This document shows, piece after piece, positions 9,439 to 18,277 of a stretch of DNA of 59,632 nt; positions within the stretch are counted from its first letter, which is position 1; each line of letters opens with the position of its first letter. The stretch is from Ignavibacteriales bacterium (GTDB taxonomy: Bacteria > Bacteroidota > Ignavibacteria > Ignavibacteriales > Ignavibacteriaceae): assembly GCA_016182615.1 (NCBI GenBank), contig JACPGF010000149.1:1-59632 (forward strand). The letters run 5' to 3'. Position numbers and translations under genes: made by a program. The notes beneath the pieces are model-generated. The model was not told where the DNA came from, ran no database searches, and worked only from the letters and a program-made list of their open reading frames with translations.

Positions 9439-11301
9439 ATGGAAACAGTTTTGTTGATAGCAGCCGTTGTTTTACTTGTTGTAATTATTTTTCTTGTACT
9501 AAGGCCCCGGCCTGTTAATAACGATGCAAATAATCTGCTTATGCAGAAAATGACGGACATTCAGAACAGCCTGCAAAAAATCGAAAGCGGTCTGAAGGAA
9601 GATTTCCGCATAAACCGCGAGGAAAACTCGGGAAGCGCGAAAGCGAACCGCGAGGAACTCGGGCAGGGGCTGCGTGATATTAAATCGGAACTGTCACAAA
9701 CACTAGCCAATATTACCGGTAGTAATCAAAGTGCCATCGAATCGATAAACAAAACACTCGATGCAAAAATTGAACTGCTGACGAAAAAAATTGACGAGAA
9801 CAACACTGCAAACCGTGACACCCTTACCCGCAACCTGAAAGATTTTACCCTTGAGCAGCGCGGAAAATTTGAAGACTTGCGGACCGAGCAGCAGTCACTT
9901 AAAATACAAACAACAGACTTGCTTGAAAAAATTGCCGCCAGCGTGGAAAGTAAGCTGAACCTGATGTTTGAACAAAACCAGATAGAAAACTCTCTGCTGC
10001 GCGACACGCTGACTGCAACATTCAAGGGATTCCAGGATACGTTCTCGCAAAATGTTGAGGCCTTTAACACGCTGCAGCGCGATAAATTCGCCCGGCTGGA
10101 GGAAGATTTTGCAAAGCTTATTACCAACACCGAAAAAATATTCGAAGGCCTTAAAGTTTCAATCGATGAGCGTTTGCAAAAATCGCTCAAGGCGATAGAG
10201 GATTCCTCGAAGACCGATTCCGTTAATACCCGCGAAGCGCTTGTTTCTTCCTTGAAAACATTTCAGGAAGCATTTGACCGGAACGTAAAATCGTTTAATG
10301 ATGTACAGGTTGAAAAGTTCGGTAATCTCGAATCGAAACAAGACACGCTAATTAAAAACACCGAAAGCAAACTTGAGTTTATCCGCGTGACTGTTGAGGA
10401 AAAATTAGAGAAAACACTCAGCGACCGTCTGGGCCAAAGTTTTGAAACTGTCGGCAAGCAGCTTAACGAGGTTCAGAAAGGCTTAGGCGAAATGCAGACC
10501 CTCGCGCAGGACGTAGGCGGACTGAAAAAAGTGCTCAGCAACGTTAAAATGCGCGGCGGTATCGGTGAAGTGCAGCTTTCCATGCTGTTAGACCAGATTC
10601 TTGCCCCTGACCAGTATCAACCGAACGTGAAAACCAAACAAAACAGCAACGAAATTGTAGAGTTTGCCATTAAACTGCCCGGCCGTGATGATAACAACGT
10701 ACCGGTATGGCTGCCCGTCGATGCGAAATTCCCCAAGGACAAGTACGAAACGTTGCAAGCCGCGTATGACACCGGCGACACCGCGCTAATAGATACGGCA
10801 CAAAAAGACCTTGAAACAACCATTAAAAGGATGGCAAAAGACATACACGACAAATATATCGATCCCCCGAACACAACCGATTTTGGTATCATGTTCCTGC
10901 CGTTCGAAAGCCTGTTTGCCGAGGTTGTCCGCAAAGCAAGCCTGCTCGAGGAACTGAACAGGACATACAAGATTATCGTAACGGGTCCCACCACGCTCGC
11001 CGCGATTCTGAACAGTCTGCAAATGGGCTTTAAAACACTGGCCATACAAAAGCGCAGCAGCGAGGTTTGGAAAGTACTTGGCGCGGTTAAAAAAGAGTTC
11101 GAGCAGTTTGGCGGCTTGATGGAAAAGGCGCAAAACAACATACAAACCGGCCTTAACCAGCTTGATGATGTGATGGGCAAACGGACACGTGCAATACAAC
11201 GGCAGTTACGGAATGTCGAATCGACCAATGAAATAAGTCCTGTGGCTATACTACCGGGAGCAGCCCCTGCTGAACTGTTTGATGACGAAGCGGAGGAGTA
11301 A
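9439..11301 (+). CDS. rmuC: DNA recombination protein RmuC (long coiled-coil variant)
   Basis: N-terminal TM; LKKVLSNVKMRGGIGEVQL, VDAKFP, FGIMFLPFESL, GPTTLAAILNSL. Confidence 0.93.
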   Translation: METVLLIAAVVLLVVIIFLVLRPRPVNNDANNLLMQKMTDIQNSLQKIESGLKEDFRINREENSGSAKANREELGQGLRDIKSELSQTLANITGSNQSAIESINKTLDAKIELLTKKIDENNTANRDTLTRNLKDFTLEQRGKFEDLRTEQQSLKIQTTDLLEKIAASVESKLNLMFEQNQIENSLLRDTLTATFKGFQDTFSQNVEAFNTLQRDKFARLEEDFAKLITNTEKIFEGLKVSIDERLQKSLKAIEDSSKTDSVNTREALVSSLKTFQEAFDRNVKSFNDVQVEKFGNLESKQDTLIKNTESKLEFIRVTVEEKLEKTLSDRLGQSFETVGKQLNEVQKGLGEMQTLAQDVGGLKKVLSNVKMRGGIGEVQLSMLLDQILAPDQYQPNVKTKQNSNEIVEFAIKLPGRDDNNVPVWLPVDAKFPKDKYETLQAAYDTGDTALIDTAQKDLETTIKRMAKDIHDKYIDPPNTTDFGIMFLPFESLFAEVVRKASLLEELNRTYKIIVTGPTTLAAILNSLQMGFKTLAIQKRSSEVWKVLGAVKKEFEQFGGLMEKAQNNIQTGLNQLDDVMGKRTRAIQRQLRNVESTNEISPVAILPGAAPAELFDDEAEE

Positions 11302-11462
11302 TGTAGAATGTAGAATGTAAAATGGAGAATGAAAAATTAAGAGTGTGAAACGTGCCTGAGTGCGGGAAATTAACGGGCAAGTTGTTAAGGCGGGTGGGGA
11401 ATGGAAGCGGAATGCAAGCGTGCTTTTTACTTGATTACACAATTAAAAACAATAGTATTATA

Positions 11463-11553
11463 TGAGTCTGGACTAAAAAGCTGCAAATTGATTCTTTTAG
11501 CCTCATTTTTTAGATTAAAATAAAGGCCAAATTAGCTTTTGAGAGTGGACTCA
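11463..11553. mobile_element. 91-bp MITE-like element
   Basis: Imperfect 20-bp terminal IRs (TGAGTCTGGACTAAAAAGCT vs reverse complement TGAGTCCACTCTCAAAAGCT, 15/20); TTATA on both flanks (11458-62, 11554-58). Confidence 0.55.
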
Positions 11554-11682
11554 TTATATGAATTGTAATATTAAGATATTCAGGATTTTGAGACGTAGAA
11601 TTGTAGATTTTTTTAGCCCTGTGTATTAATCTTTTAAGAATTGGAAAAGTTAGATTTATCCATTTTTTTCTGGAATAGTTAA

Positions 11683-14600
11683 ATGAGTATTAACTGGAAT
11701 AACATTAGAACAATAGGACCCTCTAAAAACGAAGGGTTTGAAGAGTTTGTTTGCCAACTTGCTAGAAAAGAAACTGCTCCTGACAGCTCGATCTTTATCA
11801 GAAAGGGAAAACCTGATGCCGGCGTTGAGTGCTTTAGGATTTTAGAAAATGGTGATGAATGGGCCTGGCAAGCAAAATATTTTACTGCCAGTCTTGAAAA
11901 AGCTCAGTGGCAACAACTGGATCATTCTGTAAACCGGGCAATCAAAGCACATCCTAATTTAAAAAAATATACTATAGCTATCCCAATTGATCCACCGGAT
12001 GCAAGAAATGCAAAGCAAATTTCAATGCTTGAGAGATGGGATGTGCATGTTAGGAAATGGACAAGTTTGGTCTCGAAAAAAGGTAAGACTATTGAAATTG
12101 TTCCGTGGTGGAGTTCTGATTTAATTGAGAAACTTCAAAAACCAGAAAATGTTGGGTTAACTTATTTCTGGTTTAATAAGGAAGAATTCACCGATAGCTG
12201 GTTTATAGAGCAAAATGAACTAGCTATTGCAGACCTAGGGGCACGGTATACCCAGAAACTCAATGTTGAACTTGAAATATCAAAAGTATTTAGCGGCCTC
12301 TCTCGCGATGAAATTTTCAGAAATAGATTTAACCAATTAATTGGAAAATTATTTCTAATTGGAAACAACCTACGATGTGAAGAAAAATTAATAGAAAATC
12401 TGCTCCGAAAGTTTAAAGATGTATTGAGTAAGATCACCATATTATATAATCGCATAAATCTTGTTGGTATTGAACCAATTCCGGTTTACAAACTTATCTG
12501 TTTTTTGAACCAATTGAATGATGTGATTGATTCCATAAGTGATATTCTGTTGGAAGAAGAAGACAAATTAATAATGCCCAATGAATATCATTTTAATAAA
12601 AAGTATGGTTCACAGATAACGCTTATTAGAAAGTTTAACAACTCTATTGGCGAATTAAGAGAATTTTTACAAAGTGCAGTGGTTGAATTGGCCGATAGAC
12701 CGTTTCTATTATTAACCGGAGAAGCTGGTGTTGGCAAATCTCATTTGATTGCCGATATTGTAAAAAGGCGCAATGTCGCCAATTTGAGAAGTCTTTTTCT
12801 GCTTGGACAGCACTTTGTTTCCGACGAAAATCCTTGGTCACAGATATTTTTAGGTCTGCAGCTTAAATGTTCGCTTGATGAGTTCCTAGGCGCTCTAGAT
12901 TCTAAAGCGCAAATAAGTGGAAATAGAATTGTCTTTTTTATTGATGCTATCAATGAAGGCAGGGGAAAATTCTTTTGGGGTAAGTATATAAATAGTTTTA
13001 TTGAGAAAATTAAAAAATATCAGTGGTTGGGGCTTGTTTTGTCTGTTCGCAGTACCTATGTTGACGTTATTTGGTCAAAAACGGAACTTATAGATGAATT
13101 TCTAATTTGCTATAATCATACTGGATTTAAGGATATAGAATTCGAAGCATCAAATGAATTTTTTAACTATTACAACATTCAACTTCCAAATGTTCCTTTA
13201 TTACATCCTGAATTTCAAAACCCGCTGTTTCTTAAATTATTCTGCGAAGGTTTAAGGAATGGTGGTTTCACCAAGATACCTGATGGCATGCAGGGTATAA
13301 CTACGATATTTGATTTTTATACCAGTAGTTTAAATAAAATCTTATCCAGCCCTGATCGATTAAACTATTCTAAGAATTTTAATATTATTGGTAAAGTTTT
13401 GGAGGCACTTGTTGCATATAAAACAAAGAACAAGATTTCCTACGTCCCCCTTGAAGATGCACTTAATATCGTTAATCAATTATCTGCTGAAGTTGGTATC
13501 CCTCATGGTGTCTTATTAGATGAGCTGCAATCAGAAGGAATTCTTACGGAAAATAGATATAGGCTTCCAAGCCATAATTATGAGTATGGATTAAACTTAG
13601 CATACGAAAGATTTGAAGATCATATTGCTGCAAATTTGATTATAACCAAATACCCTGATTTAGAAAATTCCTTCAAAGAAAATGGGGATTTATTCTATAT
13701 TGTTGACAGTGTCGGGGCGTGTTATTCTAACAAGGGCTTGATGGAGGCTTTATCTATTCAATTGCCTGAAAAAATCGGGAAAGAATTCTATGAAATAACT
13801 CCTCATTTAAAAAATGAATACCCCATAATTGAATGTTTTGTTCAGAGTTTGCTTTGGCGGAAAAATGAGACTATTTCACCAAAACTTTTAGATTTTATAA
13901 ATAACTTCGTATTCTCTTTTAATGGAACCCTTGATTTATTTTGGGGAACTGTTCTTTCTGTCTCAGCAATGCCCGGTCATTATTTTAATGCCAACTTTCT
14001 CCATAAGCAACTTTTTCCCTTGAGTTTGGCCAACAGAGATGCTTGGTGGACTATTTTTTTGAAGAAAATGTATTATAATAAATCTATCATTGAAAGATTT
14101 ATTTCTTGGATTTGGACCATAGAAAACAGAAGTTATATTTCTGATGAATCTGTAAAACTGACCAGTATTACCTTGGCGTGGTTTCATACAAGTACAAACA
14201 GAAAATTGCGGGATTCAGCCACCAAAGCATTAGTTTGTCTTTTGGAGGATCGAATAGCGGTTTTAATTAGTCTTTTAAAGGATTTTGAAGGGATTAGTGA
14301 CCCTTATGTTTATGAAAGATTGTTTGCTGTTGCCTACGGATGTGCTTTAAGAACCAGTCAGAAAGAAAAACTGTTGGGACTGAGCACATATATTTTCGAA
14401 ACAATTTTCAATACCAATGCCGAAGTGTATCCGCACATCCTACTCAGAGATTATGCCAGAGGTGTTATTGAATACACAGCTTTTCTGGGATATAAATTGG
14501 AATTTGATATTGAAAAGGCAAGACCACCTTATAGCAGCAGTTTCCCGACATATATACATTCCGATAAATATATAAAAAAGAAATACGGGGTTGACAGTGA

Positions 14601-15909
14601 CTCCGAAAATTTCAAGGATTATCATTGGGGGCAGGACTATATTCTGACATCCATGGTAACTGAGCAAACGAAAAAGATCTATGGCGATTTCGGAAGGTAC
14701 GTCTTTCAGAGAGCCTTGGGTTGTTGGGAATTAAATTGTAATACACTGAGCAATCTGGCAATTGATTTGATATTTGAGAAATACGGCTATGATAAAGAAA
14801 AGCATGGGGGATTTGATCGAGAATTGAGATCAGGTAGAGAAAATATTAGCAGTCCCAATGAAAGAATCGGGAAAAAATATCAATGGCTTGCATTCCATGA
14901 AATACTTGCGAGAGTCTCTGATAATTTCGCCATTAAAACAGAATTTAGCAAAGATACAGGTACTGATATAAAATATGAAGGAACTTGGGATCCATACGTG
15001 AGAGATATTGATCCATCTATTACCATGAAAAATATTGTATCTACAAATGAGCGTGGCTCAACTCATTTCTCGTGGGCAATTGAAAATCATGGAAATTGGG
15101 AGCTAAACAATAAGGACTGGCTTAAAACCACTTCGGATTTACCTGATATTGTGAAACTTCTTACTGTATCGGATAACATGAATTCAGACTGGTTAGTTTT
15201 ATCCGGTTATACAGAGTGGAACGAACCGACAAAACTTGGTTATGAAAAATGGGATTTACCTCAAAAAGAAATGATATATTCAATAAGAAGCTATTTGGCA
15301 CCAGAAGATGAATTTAAAACAATAGAGAACAGGTTTTTAACACAAGATTTTTTATATGCGCAATTACCTCAAGAAACAAATTGGTACGAGGTTTTCAGCA
15401 GAGAGTATTATTGGGCTCCGGCATATAATTATTTTAATCATGACTATTTTGGGAGTCCTGAGAGAGTACAGATATTCGATGAACAAACCAATGAATCAAT
15501 ATTAGATGTGATGATTACTTCTAAAGTATATTATTGGGAGAAAGGAATTGACCATTCAAAAGAAGAAGCAATCAGTATAATCCGCCCAAGCAGAAACATT
15601 TATGAGAATATGTCTTTGCAGTTTTCCAAAAATGAAGGTGAATTAACGGATGTTGACGGAAATTTGATTTGCTTTGATCCCTCCGTCAGTAATAAAACCA
15701 AACCGTCTCTATTGATTAAAAAACAACCTTTTTGGGAATTTTTAAAAAAGAATCATCTGCGTATTTTTTGGAGAATATCCGGAGAAAAAAGAGTGAGTGG
15801 TGGTTACAAAACAAAAAAGGATTTTCTTGGGCGACTTGAAATAAGAGGCAAATATTTATTAAACGAGGCGGGACAACTTGAAGGTCAAATTACGACACGA
15901 AATACTTAG
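11683..15909 (+). CDS. avs2: AVAST type 2 (Avs2)-like antiphage STAND NTPase with N-terminal restriction-like nuclease
   Basis: FEEFVCQL..PDAGVE..WQAKYF (PD-(D/E)xK-like); Walker A GEAGVGKS; Walker B FFIDAINE; NPLFLKLFC; DPYVYERL; ERIGKKYQWLAFHE; RDIDPS; AT-rich. Confidence 0.8.
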   Translation: MSINWNNIRTIGPSKNEGFEEFVCQLARKETAPDSSIFIRKGKPDAGVECFRILENGDEWAWQAKYFTASLEKAQWQQLDHSVNRAIKAHPNLKKYTIAIPIDPPDARNAKQISMLERWDVHVRKWTSLVSKKGKTIEIVPWWSSDLIEKLQKPENVGLTYFWFNKEEFTDSWFIEQNELAIADLGARYTQKLNVELEISKVFSGLSRDEIFRNRFNQLIGKLFLIGNNLRCEEKLIENLLRKFKDVLSKITILYNRINLVGIEPIPVYKLICFLNQLNDVIDSISDILLEEEDKLIMPNEYHFNKKYGSQITLIRKFNNSIGELREFLQSAVVELADRPFLLLTGEAGVGKSHLIADIVKRRNVANLRSLFLLGQHFVSDENPWSQIFLGLQLKCSLDEFLGALDSKAQISGNRIVFFIDAINEGRGKFFWGKYINSFIEKIKKYQWLGLVLSVRSTYVDVIWSKTELIDEFLICYNHTGFKDIEFEASNEFFNYYNIQLPNVPLLHPEFQNPLFLKLFCEGLRNGGFTKIPDGMQGITTIFDFYTSSLNKILSSPDRLNYSKNFNIIGKVLEALVAYKTKNKISYVPLEDALNIVNQLSAEVGIPHGVLLDELQSEGILTENRYRLPSHNYEYGLNLAYERFEDHIAANLIITKYPDLENSFKENGDLFYIVDSVGACYSNKGLMEALSIQLPEKIGKEFYEITPHLKNEYPIIECFVQSLLWRKNETISPKLLDFINNFVFSFNGTLDLFWGTVLSVSAMPGHYFNANFLHKQLFPLSLANRDAWWTIFLKKMYYNKSIIERFISWIWTIENRSYISDESVKLTSITLAWFHTSTNRKLRDSATKALVCLLEDRIAVLISLLKDFEGISDPYVYERLFAVAYGCALRTSQKEKLLGLSTYIFETIFNTNAEVYPHILLRDYARGVIEYTAFLGYKLEFDIEKARPPYSSSFPTYIHSDKYIKKKYGVDSDSENFKDYHWGQDYILTSMVTEQTKKIYGDFGRYVFQRALGCWELNCNTLSNLAIDLIFEKYGYDKEKHGGFDRELRSGRENISSPNERIGKKYQWLAFHEILARVSDNFAIKTEFSKDTGTDIKYEGTWDPYVRDIDPSITMKNIVSTNERGSTHFSWAIENHGNWELNNKDWLKTTSDLPDIVKLLTVSDNMNSDWLVLSGYTEWNEPTKLGYEKWDLPQKEMIYSIRSYLAPEDEFKTIENRFLTQDFLYAQLPQETNWYEVFSREYYWAPAYNYFNHDYFGSPERVQIFDEQTNESILDVMITSKVYYWEKGIDHSKEEAISIIRPSRNIYENMSLQFSKNEGELTDVDGNLICFDPSVSNKTKPSLLIKKQPFWEFLKKNHLRIFWRISGEKRVSGGYKTKKDFLGRLEIRGKYLLNEAGQLEGQITTRNT

Positions 15910-15972
15910 CTTAATAATTGAGGAGTAAAAATTTTACTATTTTTTATAAATTTAGAATATCTTAACTTATAA

Positions 15973-16434
15973 GTGAAGAAATTTAAAATTACCTCTGTTT
16001 ATTCCGGAAGTAAGACAGAAATCTATTCTGTTCAAATTGATGGTTCTGAGAAATCGGAATTCGAAAAATTCATTGAGCGTTTCTCTGAAACACATAGATC
16101 CGATGTTAATTATTTGGCGGATACGGTTCAGAAAATCGCTGATATTTTTGGTATTCGCGAGCAGTTCTTTAAGCCTCAGGGATTGGACGGCGTGTACCGT
16201 TTTATCATGCATCGCGACAAAAAAACATCTCTCCGTTTATATTGCATAAAATGGGGATCCGAGCTGCTTATTATAGGCGGCGGGGGTATAAAAGAAGTTA
16301 GAACCTGGCAGGAAAGCCACGAGTTAAGTAAAATAGTACGTGAATTGTCAAAAATAGATAAATATCTTTTAGACAATAAAATTGATATAAAAAATGCTGT
16401 TAAATCAAATGAAATATTTGATGAAGGAATATAA
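15973..16434 (+). CDS. Putative RelE/HigB-like toxin
   Basis: 153 aa, GTG start; LRLYCIKW...LIIGGGGIK resembles the RelE-fold C-terminal strands; directly upstream of an HTH gene. Confidence 0.55.
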   Translation: MKKFKITSVYSGSKTEIYSVQIDGSEKSEFEKFIERFSETHRSDVNYLADTVQKIADIFGIREQFFKPQGLDGVYRFIMHRDKKTSLRLYCIKWGSELLIIGGGGIKEVRTWQESHELSKIVRELSKIDKYLLDNKIDIKNAVKSNEIFDEGI

Positions 16435-16435
16435 A

Positions 16436-16948
16436 ATGGCAATTAACAAATTTTTAGAAATATTACAAAAAATCCCTCAGGAAGTCAGTAGTTTCAACAG
16501 GCTTTCAATGGGTATCGCCGCTTTTCTGGACGATAGATTAAAAGAAAACGGCATGACACAAAAAGCCTTAGCTAATATCATGGCTAAAAAAGAGTCTGAA
16601 ATTAGCAAATGGATGGGTGGCAAACATAATTTTACCATTAAATCAATTGCCAATCTCGAAGCCGCATTAGGCACAGAAATACTATCGGTAAACCAAACAC
16701 AACCAATGCAGGGCAATGGCATTAATGACGTCTCCAATGAAGCAGTTATTATGAGACGGACATTTAACACTGTTAATCTACCTGCTCGGACAGCAATAAT
16801 ATTTATTTACCCCGAATTAGTTGAGCTAAGAACTCCGGGAACAGGAAATTCTTTGGTTAACGCAAGTACAAGGGCGGCTATTCTTAATGAATTAAACCTG
16901 AGTGCCGGAAACCATGAAACCATTAATTCTCAAGCAAGCTGGGCATAG
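16436..16948 (+). CDS. XRE/HigA-like HTH antitoxin with long C-terminal extension
   Basis: GMTQKALANIMAKKESEISKWMGGKHNFTIKSIANLEAALG; ATG 1 nt after the toxin stop; about 85-aa low-complexity tail. Confidence 0.75.
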   Translation: MAINKFLEILQKIPQEVSSFNRLSMGIAAFLDDRLKENGMTQKALANIMAKKESEISKWMGGKHNFTIKSIANLEAALGTEILSVNQTQPMQGNGINDVSNEAVIMRRTFNTVNLPARTAIIFIYPELVELRTPGTGNSLVNASTRAAILNELNLSAGNHETINSQASWA

Positions 16949-16950
16949 TA

Positions 16951-17424
16951 ATGCAGACAGAAATAAAAGAGCCGTTGTCTATTAGCTTTAATTTGAAACA
17001 GATACGGACACTTGAATTTTCGATTTCAAACCGTATTAATCAAAATTCGTTTGATGTATCTTTAGTCCAATTCAGAGTTTCCTTAGGTTATGAATTTAAT
17101 GCAGACTCTGATTTACTCGGAATTCAAACTACTGTTGAGGTATTTACCGATAATTCCGAACAGTTGAAAATATGTCACCTCATCACACTTATTACATTTC
17201 AAGTCACTGATTTAGGAAAAATATTTAGATCCTCAGAAAGCGAAATAACTGTCCCCGATATACTCATGCATACTTTTTTATCGTTAGCAATTTCTACAAC
17301 AAGAGGAATACTTACCGCTAAAACCGAGGGCACTGTTTTGCACGATTCATTTATGCCGGTAATTGATTTGCAGCAATTTCTTAGCCAAACAGATACCCCA
17401 AAAGGGAAGCTAATTATCCCCTAA
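16951..17424 (+). CDS. Putative SecB-like chaperone
   Basis: 157 aa; alternating beta-strand pattern, then helix LSLAISTTRGIL and FMPVID, like the SecB C-terminal 'Y.R..I.......LP.IN' arrangement. Confidence 0.55.
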   Translation: MQTEIKEPLSISFNLKQIRTLEFSISNRINQNSFDVSLVQFRVSLGYEFNADSDLLGIQTTVEVFTDNSEQLKICHLITLITFQVTDLGKIFRSSESEITVPDILMHTFLSLAISTTRGILTAKTEGTVLHDSFMPVIDLQQFLSQTDTPKGKLIIP

Positions 17425-17487
17425 ACAAATCCAGATAAGCAGCAAATTCGAATTCAAGGGTTCGTTTCCATTCGGTTGTTTCGTGCA

Positions 17488-17779
17488 GTATTCCTAACCG
17501 GACAAAATCGGCTATAATGGCATTTGCCGTCGAACTGCTTATCTTTAATGCCTGCTGCACCTGTTGCAAATACCCTCGCAGAGCGGTATCTCCGGCGGAC
17601 AGCCAAAATTTATAAAACCATTTGCTGCTGCCTCGGTTGGTATCGATGCCCTCTTTTTAGAAATACACCCCGGCCCGAAAAACGCCCTGAGCGATGCCGC
17701 CACCCAACTGCCGCTAGAAGATGCCGAAGCACTTCTACGGAAAATTAAGCAGATTGATGATGTGGTAAAACACCGGTAA
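17488..17779 (+). pseudogene. kdsA: Decayed 3' portion of KDO-8-phosphate synthase
   Basis: QIPSQSGISGGQPKFI...GIDALFLEIHPGPKNALSDAATQLPL; frameshifted traces upstream (VFLT..GYN, IFNA) match LLTERG..FGY and VIFDATH. Confidence 0.75.
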
Positions 17780-18030
17780 CCGCCGGGGGATTTGTTCGCG
17801 GAGTTTGGTCTATTTCGTCGCTTAATGAACCGAATAGCATGTAGTTAGGGTTTTATCCATTCCGCGCAATAATGTATCCGCACATCAATAATTAAAAACT
17901 CATAACCTGTCCGGCTGCATCCATGCATGACTGTTTCTTCCAGGCAGGTTACATGCGGGCGCAGACCGGCTCATCACTCCTTACTCATCACTCATCGCTC
18001 ATAATTCATCATTCCTAATTCATAATTCCC

Positions 18031-18059
18031 TTGACTTATTATTGCCAAACCATTATCTT
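18031..18059 (+). promoter_or_regulatory. Sigma70-type promoter of trp operon
   Basis: TTGACT-17 nt-TATCTT upstream of the leader ORF. Confidence 0.6.
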
Positions 18060-18099
18060 ACCGAAAATATTTATGATAATTAATTAAACTGATAAAGAA

Positions 18100-18183
18100 A
18101 TGTTTACTCCGGCCGCAAATATTACCGTTAACTCCGCCAATTATTGGTGGTGGCGTGCTGTATTTTTTCGCGTGTTCCGGTAA
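18100..18183 (+). CDS. trpL: Trp attenuation leader peptide MFTPAANITVNSANYWWWRAVFFRVFR
   Basis: 27-codon ORF with TGG TGG TGG upstream of trpE; absent from the ORF track. Confidence 0.85.
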   Translation: MFTPAANITVNSANYWWWRAVFFRVFR

Positions 18184-18212
18184 GCTATAGTATATAATAT
18201 TTAAAGTATCAT

Positions 18213-18250
18213 ACCCTGGCCGGAACAATAACGGTCAGGGTTTTTTGTTT
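18213..18250 (+). terminator. trp attenuator terminator
   Basis: CCCTGGCCG/CGGTCAGGG stem plus U-tract; the left arm overlaps CCGGAACA, which can instead pair with TGTTCCGG (18173-80) as antiterminator. Confidence 0.85.
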
Positions 18251-18277
18251 TTAAACTAACACGGTAAAGTAGAAGAA

